DNA of 64,000 nucleotides, taken from contig JAUPSS010000001.1 in NCBI GenBank assembly GCA_040285825.1, positions 930,001-994,000 of the forward strand, read 5' to 3'. Positions 1 to 11,300 of this stretch are shown here, piece after piece (position 1 is the stretch's first letter; every line of letters starts with the position of its first letter). The stretch comes from Eukaryota sp. TZLM1-RC. Its lineage: Eukaryota; Protista; Metamonada: BaSk clade. The notes beneath the pieces are model-generated. The model was not told the origin of the DNA and did no database searches. It was given only the letters and a program-made list of their open reading frames with translations. The position numbers were made by a program, and so were the translations under genes.

Positions 1-945
1 TTCGCAAGGATTTCTTTTGTTTTTCGGTCTTACGCTTTTATTATGTTTGCCCTTATTTTATTTAGTTCTGCTAACCCAGTCTTCAAACCAAACCCTATCC
101 AACAGGCCAGTATTGATGTAAGTTTCAATAACTACTTGCCCATTTTCTCTCAGCATGAAGTGCACAAAGTCGATGTTATCCCGGCTACACAATACAATGC
201 AATTGTTAACCAACACTCCTTGCTCCGCGATTCTAACCGTGCAGATGTACGAAAGATTACCTTTTTCACTTCATCTGATTCTGTGTGGACCATTGCTCCT
301 CCTGCCATGAACGGGCTAGTAGAAGCTTTGGAGGATGGAAGGGGAATAGTGTCTGTTACTTTGTCGTTTAACAGACACTATCCAAGCGATAGGAGGACAG
401 CAAAGGGATGGTACTCGTTCAATTTAGATCATGAACATTGTTTAGAGTTGGCCAAGTTATTTTCTGGTGATTTAGAAGAAGTAACAATACCTTTACTTCC
501 AAGAGCTGCATTAATTCCTCTGGCCGAATCACCAATCTTTTCTGATCAACGTGAGGATACTCTCATTCAGCGCAGAGAACGTGACGGACAGACTTATTGG
601 TTGATCAAGGATGCTGATTCAAGAGAACCATTCTATATGTATACTTATAGTTTAGAATCGACCGCTGCACTTGGTGCTTATGCCAGCGGGGGTTTGATTG
701 GATTGTATCTATCAATTGTGATTGGTGTTGGTAGGTTTGTTCGACTTTCATTTTCGGACAGCAAATCCCAAATTTTTGTTTCGGCTCTCCCAAATGTGGA
801 TAAATTACTTGAAATCTGTGAGGATTTGTTCCTGGCCAGGAGTATCTCAGATTTGGTCCTTGAAGAATCAATTTACAAGGAAATCATTCAGATATATAGA
901 GATCCAGATACTTTGATTGAATTAACCACACCACCAGTTAAATAG
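1..945 (+). CDS. PIEZO: Piezo-family mechanosensitive channel, C-terminal part (gene starts before the window; probable 1-nt homopolymer error near 55)
   Basis: C-terminus GGLIGLYLSIVIGVGRFVR...LPNVDKLLEICEDLFLAR...LVLEESIYKEIIQIYRDP matches the Piezo inner helix and C-terminal domain. Restoring one T near 55 gives the outer helix GFLLFFGLTLLLCLPLFLFSS. Confidence 0.88.
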   Translation, partial: FARISFVFRSYAFIMFALILFSSANPVFKPNPIQQASIDVSFNNYLPIFSQHEVHKVDVIPATQYNAIVNQHSLLRDSNRADVRKITFFTSSDSVWTIAPPAMNGLVEALEDGRGIVSVTLSFNRHYPSDRRTAKGWYSFNLDHEHCLELAKLFSGDLEEVTIPLLPRAALIPLAESPIFSDQREDTLIQRRERDGQTYWLIKDADSREPFYMYTYSLESTAALGAYASGGLIGLYLSIVIGVGRFVRLSFSDSKSQIFVSALPNVDKLLEICEDLFLARSISDLVLEESIYKEIIQIYRDPDTLIELTTPPVK

Positions 946-1099
946 TTATTGGTGATAGGTAGTTAATTTAAATAGTGTTTTCGTGCTATATCTTTTGAAT
1001 AAATAAAGCAGTATCTTTTTGAGCTACTGTCTCGTTATCCGCTACGTTAACTCCAATAATCAATTTCAACAAAATGGTTTTAAAACAAGCTTTTCATGG

Positions 1100-1991
1100 G
1101 ATGGATGCTCTTTAATTGAGCGACTTTTGAGCGTTAAACAAAGCTTTTTCCTACTGTATTTGGAATGGTAGCATCCGATACAAGACGTGATGTGAAGTAA
1201 TGTCAAATACTACAATGTTGTGAATTTCCAGATGATAGAAGAAAAAATGGCTACCAAAAACACATTAAACTTCTATTGATGATACAGCATATTTATTGGT
1301 ATTCAGCTCAAAAATCAGAATAATAACAAGTAATCTCTCACCAATTTTAAGGGACATTGTTATTGCACAAACTACCTAACAACTCTTCGAAAATTGAGAA
1401 AAAAGGCACACAGTGTTTTTTCCCTATTTTTTTTGGATTCAACAAACATTGAAATCAGCAGTGATTTAATTCCTCGATTTTGCATTTACTGTCTATGTGT
1501 ATGTAAGGTTGTCAAAACACAACGGAATGAATCATGAAAAATAAAGTTTGAACTTTCTGGATACAAATTTGGACTCTTTGTGACTGAAATTGACTGAGGA
1601 AATTTTGAAGTTGCAATTCCCAAAAAATTGGACAATTGAACTGCGAAGACTAAAAAGATGTTGTGAAAGCAGCCAAGTTATGAAAATGGACATAAAATTC
1701 TTATTTGATCAGTGTTCCGGCCATACAAACAAAACTAGAGTTTTAGATCATCTTTAAGTACACTCTTCGAACATTACAGAAAAGATTGACTGGAATGTAT
1801 GAAAAAGATCTTTATAATAATATATGCAGCTCGGCTGTTTTAAATCAAGATCTTCAATCATTGTTATTGGAAAAGGGTGTTTGTGAAAATAAGTCATCAG
1901 ATTCTTCACTTTTTGTAACTATTGTACCACGAAGATTTGGATTGTGTGCCACTAATGAAACATTTGTAACAAAAATGAGATTATATTTGAA
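1100..1991 (+). pseudogene. Possible decayed non-LTR retrotransposon fragment (region between RT and CCHC/RLE)
   Basis: SSLFVTIVPRRFGLCATNETFVTKMRLYLN resembles the W/F-L..P....L....F...LRLRLG segment of CRE-like elements. The surrounding frames are broken. Motif resemblance only. Confidence 0.3.
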
Positions 1992-2095
1992 CAAATATAT
2001 GAAATATGTTGTGTGAAATGGCACCTAGTAACGATGATCAAAGGGAAATAGAAATTATTCATTGGCAATTTTGGAAATTATCTTGTTTTCTCACA

Positions 2096-5000
2096 ATGCT
2101 CTCGTGTCCACATTGTTCAATGGATTTCAACGAAGAGTCTCGTGTGCCACTGGTTGTTTGCAGTCAGCGCCATAGTGTATGCGGTGTATGCTCTGATGCT
2201 GTGGAATCCTGTCCGATATGCAATGAAGATATCCTGCCGTCACCGGAAGTCAACCTCAGTTTGCGCGATATAGCCAAAGCTTCTTGCAAGGAGGACCTCT
2301 GTGTACACATTCCCTCTAACCAGGTCAAACTTTTGCACATGATTGGACAAGGAGGATATGCCCAGGTGTTTGCCGCTTCTTGGTTTGATTCAGACGTCGC
2401 CGCCAAGACTGTTGCTCTCACAGAAGAAGGTAAGAAACGACTGAGGAAAGAGATTGGTATTATGGCCAAGATTGATCATCCCTTTATCCTCCGCGTTTTT
2501 GGTCTGGTCAGCTTAATGGACAGACTCGCCATAATTATGGAACTTGCTGAAGGTTCTCTGTCAGTGCCGTCAAGATTGACTAAACAAAGTCTCTTGTTTG
2601 CCAAGAAGATCTGCCAGGCAGTCCGTTTCCTGCACTCCAAATCACTTGCACATGGAGATCTCAAGCCCGAGAACATTCTTTTTGTCAATGGGCAAATCAA
2701 ATTAGCCGATTTTGGAACATCCAGGACTGTTGCCAAGACTTCCACGGCCACCAATCTATCATGTACAGCTCGGTATGCAGCCTTGGAACAGTTTGAGAAC
2801 AAATTGTCTCTTGCCTCAGACATCTATGCAATTGGAATCATCCTTTGTGAGTTACTCTGCAATTATAGACCATTTGTCAATATGGATCAGATTGCCATAA
2901 TGGGAGCCAAGTATTTTAAGACACCATTTGCTTTGGGTGAACACGTTCCCAGTGTGCTCAAAGAATTAATCGCCCAGTGTTGCTCTTCAGATCCAGCTGC
3001 CAGACCAAGTATTGCTCAAGTTCTTCTAGTTTTGGATCAATTGGATGACTTTGCTGAAGAGTGTGATGAAAATCCTATTAGTATTAACAATGATGTTCAA
3101 ACGCAACTGCAATCTGCCAACTTCACAATCGAGTCTCTACGAAAGAATGTTACTGATTTGGAGGCTTCCAATCAACAACTCAACAACGATTTGACAGAAC
3201 GGGATTCCAGAATTGCCCGGTTGGAAGAAGAAAGGGCCGGTATCAATGCCTCCAATCAACACCTCAGTCACTCTTTGGAAGAACGTGATGCTAGAATTGC
3301 TATTATGGAAGAAGCTTTAAATGCCAGCAAGGCCGGTATTGCTGAGAAAGATACAGAAATTGCCAACCTTAGATCTACCATTGATGAATTGGAAAAGCAA
3401 AATACTCTACTCAGTAGAACTAATTCTGACTTAGCAAGCAGAATTGCTGACCTTGAAGCGTTGTTGAGAGAGTGCCATTGTAATCAACCTTTGAACAATA
3501 TCGATGATCATCATCCTCCATCAAAGGAAGAAATTTTGGAAGACATCAAGTCGAATGTAAATTGGAATGGATTGAAGCATAAGGTGAAGAAGGGTGTTGA
3601 GGGTTTGGTTGATGGTTCCATCACTGAATTGAATCTTCGGTACAACAACATTACCTCTGAAGGCGCTAGTGCTCTCGCCCGTGCTCTGAAGAGCAATTCC
3701 GCTCTGACTGAATTGAATCTTGGGGGCAACAACATTACCTCTGAAGACGCTAGTGCTCTCGCCCGTGCTCTGGAGAGTAATTCCACTCTGACTAAATTGG
3801 ATCTTAATTGCAACAAAATTACCTCTGAAGGCGCTAGTGCTCTCGCCCGTGCTCTAGAGAACAATTCCACTCTGACTGCATTGAATCTTCACCACAACAA
3901 CATTACCTCTGAAGGCGCTAGTGCTCTCGCCCGTGCTCTGGAGAGCAATTCCACTCTGACAGAATTGTATCTTCAGTCCAACGAAATTACCTCTGAAGGC
4001 GCTAGTGCTCTCGCCCGTGCTCTGGAGAGCAATTCCACTCTGACAAAATTGTATCTTGAGTCCAACAAGATTACCTCTGAAGGCGCTAGTGCTCTCGCCC
4101 GTGCTCTGGAGAGCAATTCCACTCTTACTACATTGGATCTTGGGTCCAACAAAATTACCTCTGAAGGCGCTAGTGCTCTCGCCCGTGCTCTAGAGAACAA
4201 TTCCACTCTGACTGCATTGAATCTTCACCACAACAACATTACCTCTGAAGGCGCTAGTGCTCTCGCCCGTGCTCTGGAGAGCAATTCCACTCTGACTGCA
4301 TTGAATCTTCACCACAACAACATTACCTCTAAAGGCGCTAGTGCTCTCGCCCGTGCTCTGGAGAGCAATTCCACTCTGACTGCATTGAATCTTTGGAACA
4401 ACAACATTACCTCTGAAGGCGCTAGTGCTCTCGCCCGTGCTCTGGAGAGAAATTCCTCTCTGACTACATTGGATCTTCAGTTCAACAACATTACCTCTGA
4501 AGGCGCTAGTGCTCTCGCCCGTGCTCTGGAGAGGAATTCCACTCTGACTGAATTGAGTCTTGGGGTGAACAACATTACCTCTGAAGGCGCTAGTGCTCTC
4601 GCCCGTGCTCTGAAGAGCAATTCCGCTCTGACTGAATTGAATCTTGGGGGCAACAACATTACCTCTGAAGGCGCTAGTGCTCTCGCCCGTGCTCTGAAGA
4701 GCAATTCCGCTCTGACTGAATTGAATCTTGGGGGCAACAACATTTACTCTGAAGGCGCTAGTGCTCTCGCCCGTGCTCTGGAGAGCAATTCCACTCTTAC
4801 TACATTGAATCTTGGGTCCAACAAAATTACCTCTGAAGGCGCTAGTGCTCTCGCCCGTGCTCTAGAGAACAATTCCACTCTGACTGCATTGAATCTTCAC
4901 CACAACAACATTACCTTTGAAGGCGCTAGTGCTCTCGCCCGTGCTCTGGAGCACAATTCCACTCTGACTGAATTGAGTCTTGTGGTGAACAACATTACCT

Positions 5001-5317
5001 CTGAAGGCGCTAGTGCTCTCGCCCGTGCTCTGAAGAGCAATTCCACTCTGACTGGATTGGATCTTGGGGGCAACAACATTACCGATGAAGGCGCTAGTGC
5101 TCTCGCCCGTGCTCTGAAGAGCAATTCCGCTCTGACTGAATTGAATCTTGGGGGCAACAACATTTACTCTGAAGGCTCTAGTGCTCTCGCCCGTGCTCTG
5201 GAGAGCAATTCCACTCTGACTACATTGAGTCTTCAGTACAACAACATTTGCAATTCAACCGAATCCAGACTTCGACAAATAGCATCTAATCGTCCTTCTC
5301 TTAACATTACCGTTTAA
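2096..5317 (+). CDS. RING-type zinc finger, protein kinase, coiled coil, RI-like LRR protein (20 LRR strands), 1073 aa
   Basis: CPHC..C.QRH.VC..C..CPIC RING; kinase motifs GQGGYAQV, VAAK, HGDLKPEN, DFG; heptad region; 28-aa LRRs. ATG at 2096 chosen because it matches the paralog start at 20232. Confidence 0.93.
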   Translation: MLSCPHCSMDFNEESRVPLVVCSQRHSVCGVCSDAVESCPICNEDILPSPEVNLSLRDIAKASCKEDLCVHIPSNQVKLLHMIGQGGYAQVFAASWFDSDVAAKTVALTEEGKKRLRKEIGIMAKIDHPFILRVFGLVSLMDRLAIIMELAEGSLSVPSRLTKQSLLFAKKICQAVRFLHSKSLAHGDLKPENILFVNGQIKLADFGTSRTVAKTSTATNLSCTARYAALEQFENKLSLASDIYAIGIILCELLCNYRPFVNMDQIAIMGAKYFKTPFALGEHVPSVLKELIAQCCSSDPAARPSIAQVLLVLDQLDDFAEECDENPISINNDVQTQLQSANFTIESLRKNVTDLEASNQQLNNDLTERDSRIARLEEERAGINASNQHLSHSLEERDARIAIMEEALNASKAGIAEKDTEIANLRSTIDELEKQNTLLSRTNSDLASRIADLEALLRECHCNQPLNNIDDHHPPSKEEILEDIKSNVNWNGLKHKVKKGVEGLVDGSITELNLRYNNITSEGASALARALKSNSALTELNLGGNNITSEDASALARALESNSTLTKLDLNCNKITSEGASALARALENNSTLTALNLHHNNITSEGASALARALESNSTLTELYLQSNEITSEGASALARALESNSTLTKLYLESNKITSEGASALARALESNSTLTTLDLGSNKITSEGASALARALENNSTLTALNLHHNNITSEGASALARALESNSTLTALNLHHNNITSKGASALARALESNSTLTALNLWNNNITSEGASALARALERNSSLTTLDLQFNNITSEGASALARALERNSTLTELSLGVNNITSEGASALARALKSNSALTELNLGGNNITSEGASALARALKSNSALTELNLGGNNIYSEGASALARALESNSTLTTLNLGSNKITSEGASALARALENNSTLTALNLHHNNITFEGASALARALEHNSTLTELSLVVNNITSEGASALARALKSNSTLTGLDLGGNNITDEGASALARALKSNSALTELNLGGNNIYSEGSSALARALESNSTLTTLSLQYNNICNSTESRLRQIASNRPSLNITV
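3617..5250 (+). repeat. 84-bp in-frame tandem LRR array (19 full units plus terminal unit)
   Basis: Near-invariant gaaggcgctagtgctctcgcccgtgctct core recurs every 84 bp. Confidence 0.97.
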
Positions 5318-5430
5318 TAAACACATTTCAATTACTTTTTTCATCAACACAAAACCGACTAAATAATTCTCCAACCCCAATGCAAATCAAATCCTAATAC
5401 AAATTAGAAAAAACAACATAAACAACTGCC

Positions 5431-5501
5431 AACATCGTAGTCCAGTGGGTTTGCTCTTCGTTTTCTGCTTCGGCAACAGGGTTCGAATCCTATCTGCTGC
5501 A
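5431..5501 (+). pseudogene. tRNA-derived or Pol III A-box/B-box element (tRNA pseudogene or SINE head), copy 1
   Basis: A box TAGTCCAGTGG at 5438 and B box GGTTCGAATCC at 5480 at tRNA spacing. Acceptor and D stems do not pair well. Confidence 0.45.
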
Positions 5502-5749
5502 CTTTTGGCAAAAGGGGACCCCAAAGTGGGAGCCAGCATTTCCTTTCCCACTTTCCGGGTCTGACTGCATGGTGCTTGATCAATGAGGGTGATTCTGAAG
5601 ATTGGGCATTTTAGGTTTTTGTGGATCTTGATTTTGCATGTTATTCGCAAAAATTTCCTTTTGTGAGAAATTGTTACTGTAATTTTAACAAAAATATTCG
5701 TTTTCTATGCAGAATCAAATCAAATCAAAAGAAACTAAAACACACAAGA

Positions 5750-6500
5750 AACAAAATTATTTGGAAACATTTCTGTACAAAGCGAAAATGATACGATTCT
5801 TTCACAAATTCCCTGCAAAATTGTTACCACTTGAACGACATCAATTACCAAATTCATTGATGAAATTCAAGGCGGATTGTCCAATGTTGCCAAAAATCGA
5901 AAAGGCAAAAGGAACAAACGAAAACTTCGAATAAAGGTTCTTATTTAAATCATTTAATATCTCAGTATATTTATCTCTCTTACGATCTTCAGCCTTGTTT
6001 AAATGGCCATTAGTACTAAGAAAACATCATCGCGATAAAACAAAGCAAAGGGATCAACTGTAGTGAAATCAACAACAACTTGAGAGGAATCCACAATATT
6101 TCCATCTTTTATGCATAACTTTTAATCTAATAAAGAATAAAATAATCAAATACACAACTAAAACTCCATATCCTCAAAGTGTGCCTCCTCTACCACAAAA
6201 CAATCAATTACTAAAGATTCAGAATATTTCTCAAAAAAATGCAGAACGAATCAGAAATTAATTCACCATTCCCTTAAAAATAAATAACACAATCCGGTTT
6301 TGCCAGTAAACACACTTGAAAATTCTTCCAGTTCTTTCCTTTTCAACTACATCAAAATTCTTGACGGAGACCATTGCAGCCTTATCCAAAGACCCAAGCA
6401 AGGAAAAAACAAATGAACATAAAATGTATTGGGCAGGTGAATATTCATTGACAAAAGAAGTATGTTTCACGAATTAAAAAATTTTGTATTTTTCGCCAGC
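5750..6500 (-). mobile_element. Two adjacent decayed non-LTR retrotransposon 3' fragments (restriction-like endonuclease, RLE)
   Basis: Minus strand reads VVVDFTTVDP...LNKAEDRKRDKY...FVPFAFSIFGNIGQSALNF...KNRIIFAL, and separately FVFSLLGSLDKAA...YWQNRIVLFIFKG. Both fit RLE D / K..KY / FxPFxxSxxG motifs. Confidence 0.65.
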
Positions 6501-7239
6501 AAGAAGAAAACTATTTGATGCCGTTAGGCAGATGAGCACACGAAAGAGAGAATTCTGAGTTTATAAAATTAATTCATAAACCAATATCACGAAGAAATCT
6601 ACTAAATCAATTTAAGTTAAACAACAACACTTTTTTCCGTTTTTTTGAAGACATTGAGCAATACATGAACACGGCAGAAAAAGAAGTTGTCCAATTTTTA
6701 CGGTAATTTTTTTGACATCATTACACACAGTTCAAATGTACATTTGTTGGTATAAGTCGAAAAGTCGAGATGAACAGAATGACATAACATATATTATTGA
6801 CATTATTAGTCTCAATAAACTAGAAGGAACCATCACATTCGCTACTGAAGAACAGCTAACCTGCATTCCAGGCTACACCTTCGGTTGTTGTTGAATTAAA
6901 ATTGATTTAGTAGGGTTCTTTGTATTTCGACTGATCACGTTATACTCGATTATGAATCAGTTATTAATCAACTTAGTGTTCTCTCTCCTTCGTGTGTTCA
7001 TCTGCATAACGGCATCACCTTTTCATAGACAACGCAAAACTGAGTCAAAGTATATGGTTTAATTACCTTACGTGTTTTAAAGACGTTCACAGATGTTTGG
7101 TCATCAAACATCTGTATATTTTTCAAATTTATCTCAACAAATACCACCCATAAAGAACACCTGCAACCTCAAAGGTTTCGGGATAACAGAATGTGAATTT
7201 ATGCATTTCCAATCAGCTCAATCAAAAAATGCCACCTCA

Positions 7240-7445
7240 AATATGAAACATATTATATGAAACAAAAATCTTGGTTGTCGATAAAGACAGTGAAAAATCA
7301 ACAGAACAAGAACTCACAGATGACTTGCTCTCAATCATTTATATCTTCAATTGCAGACAAATGGGTAGACGAAGGTATAAAAGCACAAAAGGTGAGAATT
7401 TATCCATCGAGGTTACAGAAGAAAATTCTTCGTAAAATTACCCAT
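7240..7445 (+). mobile_element. IS607-type serine-recombinase TnpA C-terminus overlapping a Fanzor2/TnpB N-terminus (relic; also near 9055, 10885, 12720, 14548, 16450, 24391)
   Basis: One frame reads YETKILVVDKDSEKSTEQELTDDLLSIIYIFNCRQMGRRRYK (IS607 TnpA end, stop at 7433-7435). The overlapping frame reads KSWLSIK...QNKNSQMTCSQSFISS...IKAQKVRIYPSRLQKKILRK (TnpB/Fanzor2 N-terminal motif). Confidence 0.75.
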
Positions 7446-7835
7446 AAAGGAGAATTCCATTTTGCATCCCGCTCATCATATCACAAACAAGACATTACCC
7501 CATTGGTTGCCCTAACTTTTGAGAGACAAACAAAGGCATTGGGTAGAGCATATCACTGAACTTGAATTATGTCTTTACACCCAAGATCACCATTATAAAT
7601 ACAACTGTCTAATATCAATTTTTCCTGTCAAAGTAGTTATACCAACATCCACACAGCAGAGATAACTCTATGATGGCGATTTGATCAATTCCTAGAGTAT
7701 GTGTACCTCAAAATATCAAATCCCATTACAATGGTTTATGCCATTATCCTATATATATTAATGCGAGTGTGAGTGGGTGTTATATTCAATTAGTCTTTTC
7801 ATAAAATAAATAACAGTGTTTTGATTGAATTCCTC

Positions 7836-8120
7836 ATGAAACTAACTGTTATAGGCCACTGGGCAGGATATCCTAAAGCTAATGACGCTACCTCTGGTTA
7901 TTTGCTCCAGCACGATGGTTTCAATGTTCTTATTGATTGTGGTAGTGGTGTATTGTCCAACATGTTGCACTTCGTTTCTTACACCGAACTGCATGCAGTT
8001 GTCATCTCCCACTACCACCATGATCATATTGCTGACGTAGGTCCACTACAATACGCTAGGCTAGTGGAAACACAGCTAGGCAAGGTGAATTCTCCACTCA
8101 AAGTATATGGCCCATCATAA
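7836..8120 (+). pseudogene. 3'-truncated MBL-fold hydrolase copy (also at 9651, 11493, 13326, 15222)
   Basis: Matches the first ~94 codons of 25065-25799, then breaks at ggcccatc|ataa with an immediate stop. Confidence 0.9.
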
Positions 8121-8313
8121 TAATATATATATAATAATGAAATTCATAGCAGTTTTTCCAAGACGACCATACAAGGATATAGCAAATGGGCAAATTTGGT
8201 ATTCTACATGGCGAACATGTTTCAATTTTTTTAAAGGATTTGCATATTTTTTCCGTTTGTACAATTCGGAGTCATCAAGGGGGGATACTTCATATATTCA
8301 TATCATATTCTTT
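8117..8313 (-). mobile_element. ~197-bp non-LTR RLE fragment forming the tandem-unit junction (present in all 5 junctions)
   Basis: Minus strand reads PLDDSELYKRKKYANPLKKLKHVRHVEYQICPFAISLYGRLGKTAMNF (K..KY and PFAxSxxGRLG). Absent from the unamplified copy at 23.7-25.8 kb. Confidence 0.7.
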
Positions 8314-11300
8314 CAAGAAGAAAACTATTTGATGCCGTTAGGCAGATGAGCACACGAAAGAGAGAATTCTGAGTTTATAAAATTAATTCATAAACCAATA
8401 TCACGAAGAAATCTACTAAATCAATTTAAGTTAAACAACAACACTTTTTTCCGTTTTTTTTGAAGACATTGAGCAATACATGAACACGGCAGAAAAAGAA
8501 GTTGTCCAATTTTTACGGTAATTTTTTTGACATCATTACACACAGTTCAAATGTACATTTGTTGGTATAAGTCGAAAAGTCGAGATGAACAGAATGACAT
8601 AACATATATTATTGACATTATTAGTCTCAATAAACTAGAAGGAACCATCACATTCGCTACTCAAGAACAGCTAACCTGCATTCCAGGCTACACCTTCGGT
8701 TGTTGTTGAATTAAAATTGATTTAGTAGGGTTCTTTGTATTTCGACTGATCACGTTATACTCGATTATGAATCAGTTATTAATCAACTTAGTGTTCTCTC
8801 TCCTTCGTGTGTTCATCTGCATAACGGCATCACCTTTTCATAGACAACGCAAAACTGAGTCAAAGTATATGGTTTAATTACCTTACGTGTTTTAAAGACG
8901 TTCACAGATGTTTGGTCATCAAACATCTGTATATTTTTCAAATTTATCTCAACAAATACCACCCATAAAGAACACCTGCAACCTCAAAGGTTTCGGGATA
9001 ACAGAATGTGAATTTATGCATTTCCAATCAGCTCAATCAAAAAATGCCACCTCAAATATGAAACATATTATATGAAACAAAAATCTTGGTTGTCGATAAA
9101 GACAGTGAAAAATCAACAGAACAAGAACTCACAGATGACTTGCTCTCAATCATTTATATCTTCAATTGCAGACAAATGGGTAGACGAAGGTATAAAAGCA
9201 CAAAAGGTGAGAATTTATCCATCGAGGTTACAGAAGAAAATTCTTCGTAAAATTACCCATAAAGGAGAATTCCATTTTGCATCCCGCTCATCATATCACA
9301 AACAAGACATTACCCCATTGGTTGCCCTAACTTTTGAGAGACAAACAAAGGCATTGGGTAGAGCATATCACTGAACTTGAATTATGTCTTTACACCCAAG
9401 ATCACCATTATAAATACAACTGTCTAATATCAATTTTTCCTGTCAAAGTAGTTATACCAACATCCACACAGCAGAGATAACTCTATGATGGCGATTTGAT
9501 CAATTCCTAGAGTATGTGTACCTCAAAATATCAAATCCCATTACAATGGTTTATGCCATTATCCTATATATATTAATGCGAGTGTGAGTGGGTGTTATAT
9601 TCAATTAGTCTTTTCATAAAATAAATAACAGTGTTTTGATTGAATTCCTCATGAAACTAACTGTTATAGGCCACTGGGCAGGATATCCTAAAGCTAATGA
9701 CGCTACCTCTGGTTATTTGCTCCAGCACGATGGTTTCAATGTTCTTATTGATTGTGGTAGTGGTGTATTGTCCAACATGTTGCACTTCGTTTCTTACACC
9801 GAACTGCATGCAGTTGTCATCTCCCACTACCACCATGATCATATTGCTGACGTAGGTCCACTACAATACGCTAGGCTAGTGGAAACACAGCTAGGCAAGG
9901 TGAATTCTCCACTCAAAGTATATGGCCCATCATAATAATATATATATATAATAATGAAATTCATAGCAGTTTTTCCAAGACGACCATACAAGGATATAGC
10001 AAATGGGCAAATTTGGTATTCTACATGGCGAACATGTTTCAATTTTTTTAAAGGATTTGCATATTTTTTCCGTTTGTACAATTCGGAGTCATCAAGGGGG
10101 GATACTTCATATATTCATATCATATTCTTTCAAGAAGAAAACTATTTGATGCCGTTAGGCAGATGAACACACGAAACAAAAGAGAGAATTCTGAGTTTAT
10201 AAAAATTAATTCATAAACCAATATCACGAAGAAATCTACTAAATCAATTTAAGTTAAACAACAACACTTTTTTCCGTTTTTCTGAGGACATTGAGCAATA
10301 CATGAACACGGCAGAAAAAGAAGTTGTCCAATTTTTTTCCGGTAATTTTTGACATCATTACACACAGTTCAAATGTACATTTGTTGGTATAAGTCGAGAA
10401 GTCGAGATGAACAGAATGACATAACATATATTATTGACATTATTAGTCTCAATAAACTAGAAGGAACCATCACATTCGCTACTGAAGAACAGCTAACCTG
10501 CATTCCAGGCTACACCTTCAGTTGTTGTTGAATTAAAATTGATTTAGTAGGGTTCTTTGTATTTCGACTGATCACGTTATACTCGATTATGAATCAGTTA
10601 TTGATCAAACTTAGTGTTCTCTCTCCTTCGTGTGTTCATCTGCATAACGGCATCACCTTTTTCATAGACAACGCAAAAACTGAGTCAAAGTATATGGTTT
10701 AATTACCTTACGTGTTTTTAAAGACGATCACAGATGTTTGGTCATCAAACATCTGTATATTTTTTTCAAATTTATCTCAACAAATATCACCCATAAAAAA
10801 ACACCTGCAACCTCAAAGGTTTCGGAATAACAGAATGTGAATTTATGCATTTCCAATCAGCTCAATCAAAAAAATGCCACCTCAAATATGAAACATATTA
10901 TATGAAACAAAAATCTTGGTTGTCGATAAAGACAGTGAAAAAAATCAACAGAACAAGAACTCACAGATGACGTGCTCTCAATCATTTATATCTTCAATTG
11001 CAGACAAATGGGTAGACGAAGGTATAAAAAGCACAAAAAGGTGAGAATTTATCCATCGAGGTTACAGAAGAAAAATTCTTCGTAAAATTACCCATAAAGG
11101 AGAATTCCATTTTGCATCCCGCTCATCATATCACAAACAAGACATTACCCCATTGGTTGCCCTAACTTTTGAGAGACAAACAAAGGCATTGGGTAGAGCA
11201 TATCACTGAACTTGAATTATGTCTTTACACCCAAGATCACCATTATAAATACAACTGTCTAATATCAATTTTTTTCCTGTCAAAGTAGTTATACCAACAT

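Noticed and set aside
2006-2095. N-terminal extension of the first kinase-LRR ORF
   Set aside because: Not conserved as an open frame in the paralog, which starts at MLSCPHC.
3617-5250. CRISPR-like repeat/spacer array
   Set aside because: The period is exactly 28 codons within an ORF, the 'spacers' are homologous to one another, and there are no cas genes.
3617-5250. Diversity-generating retroelement (adenine mutagenesis) as the source of LRR variation
   Set aside because: Third-position A in the NNA codon and other scaffold adenines stay fixed, and there is no template repeat or DGR-type RT in the window.
5431-5501. Functional tRNA gene
   Set aside because: Acceptor, D and anticodon stems do not pair; kept only as a tRNA-derived element.
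6712-6894. Repeated 60-aa ORF MTSLHTVQ... in each tandem unit
   Set aside because: Non-ATG start and no recognisable domain; its recurrence is explained by the amplification.
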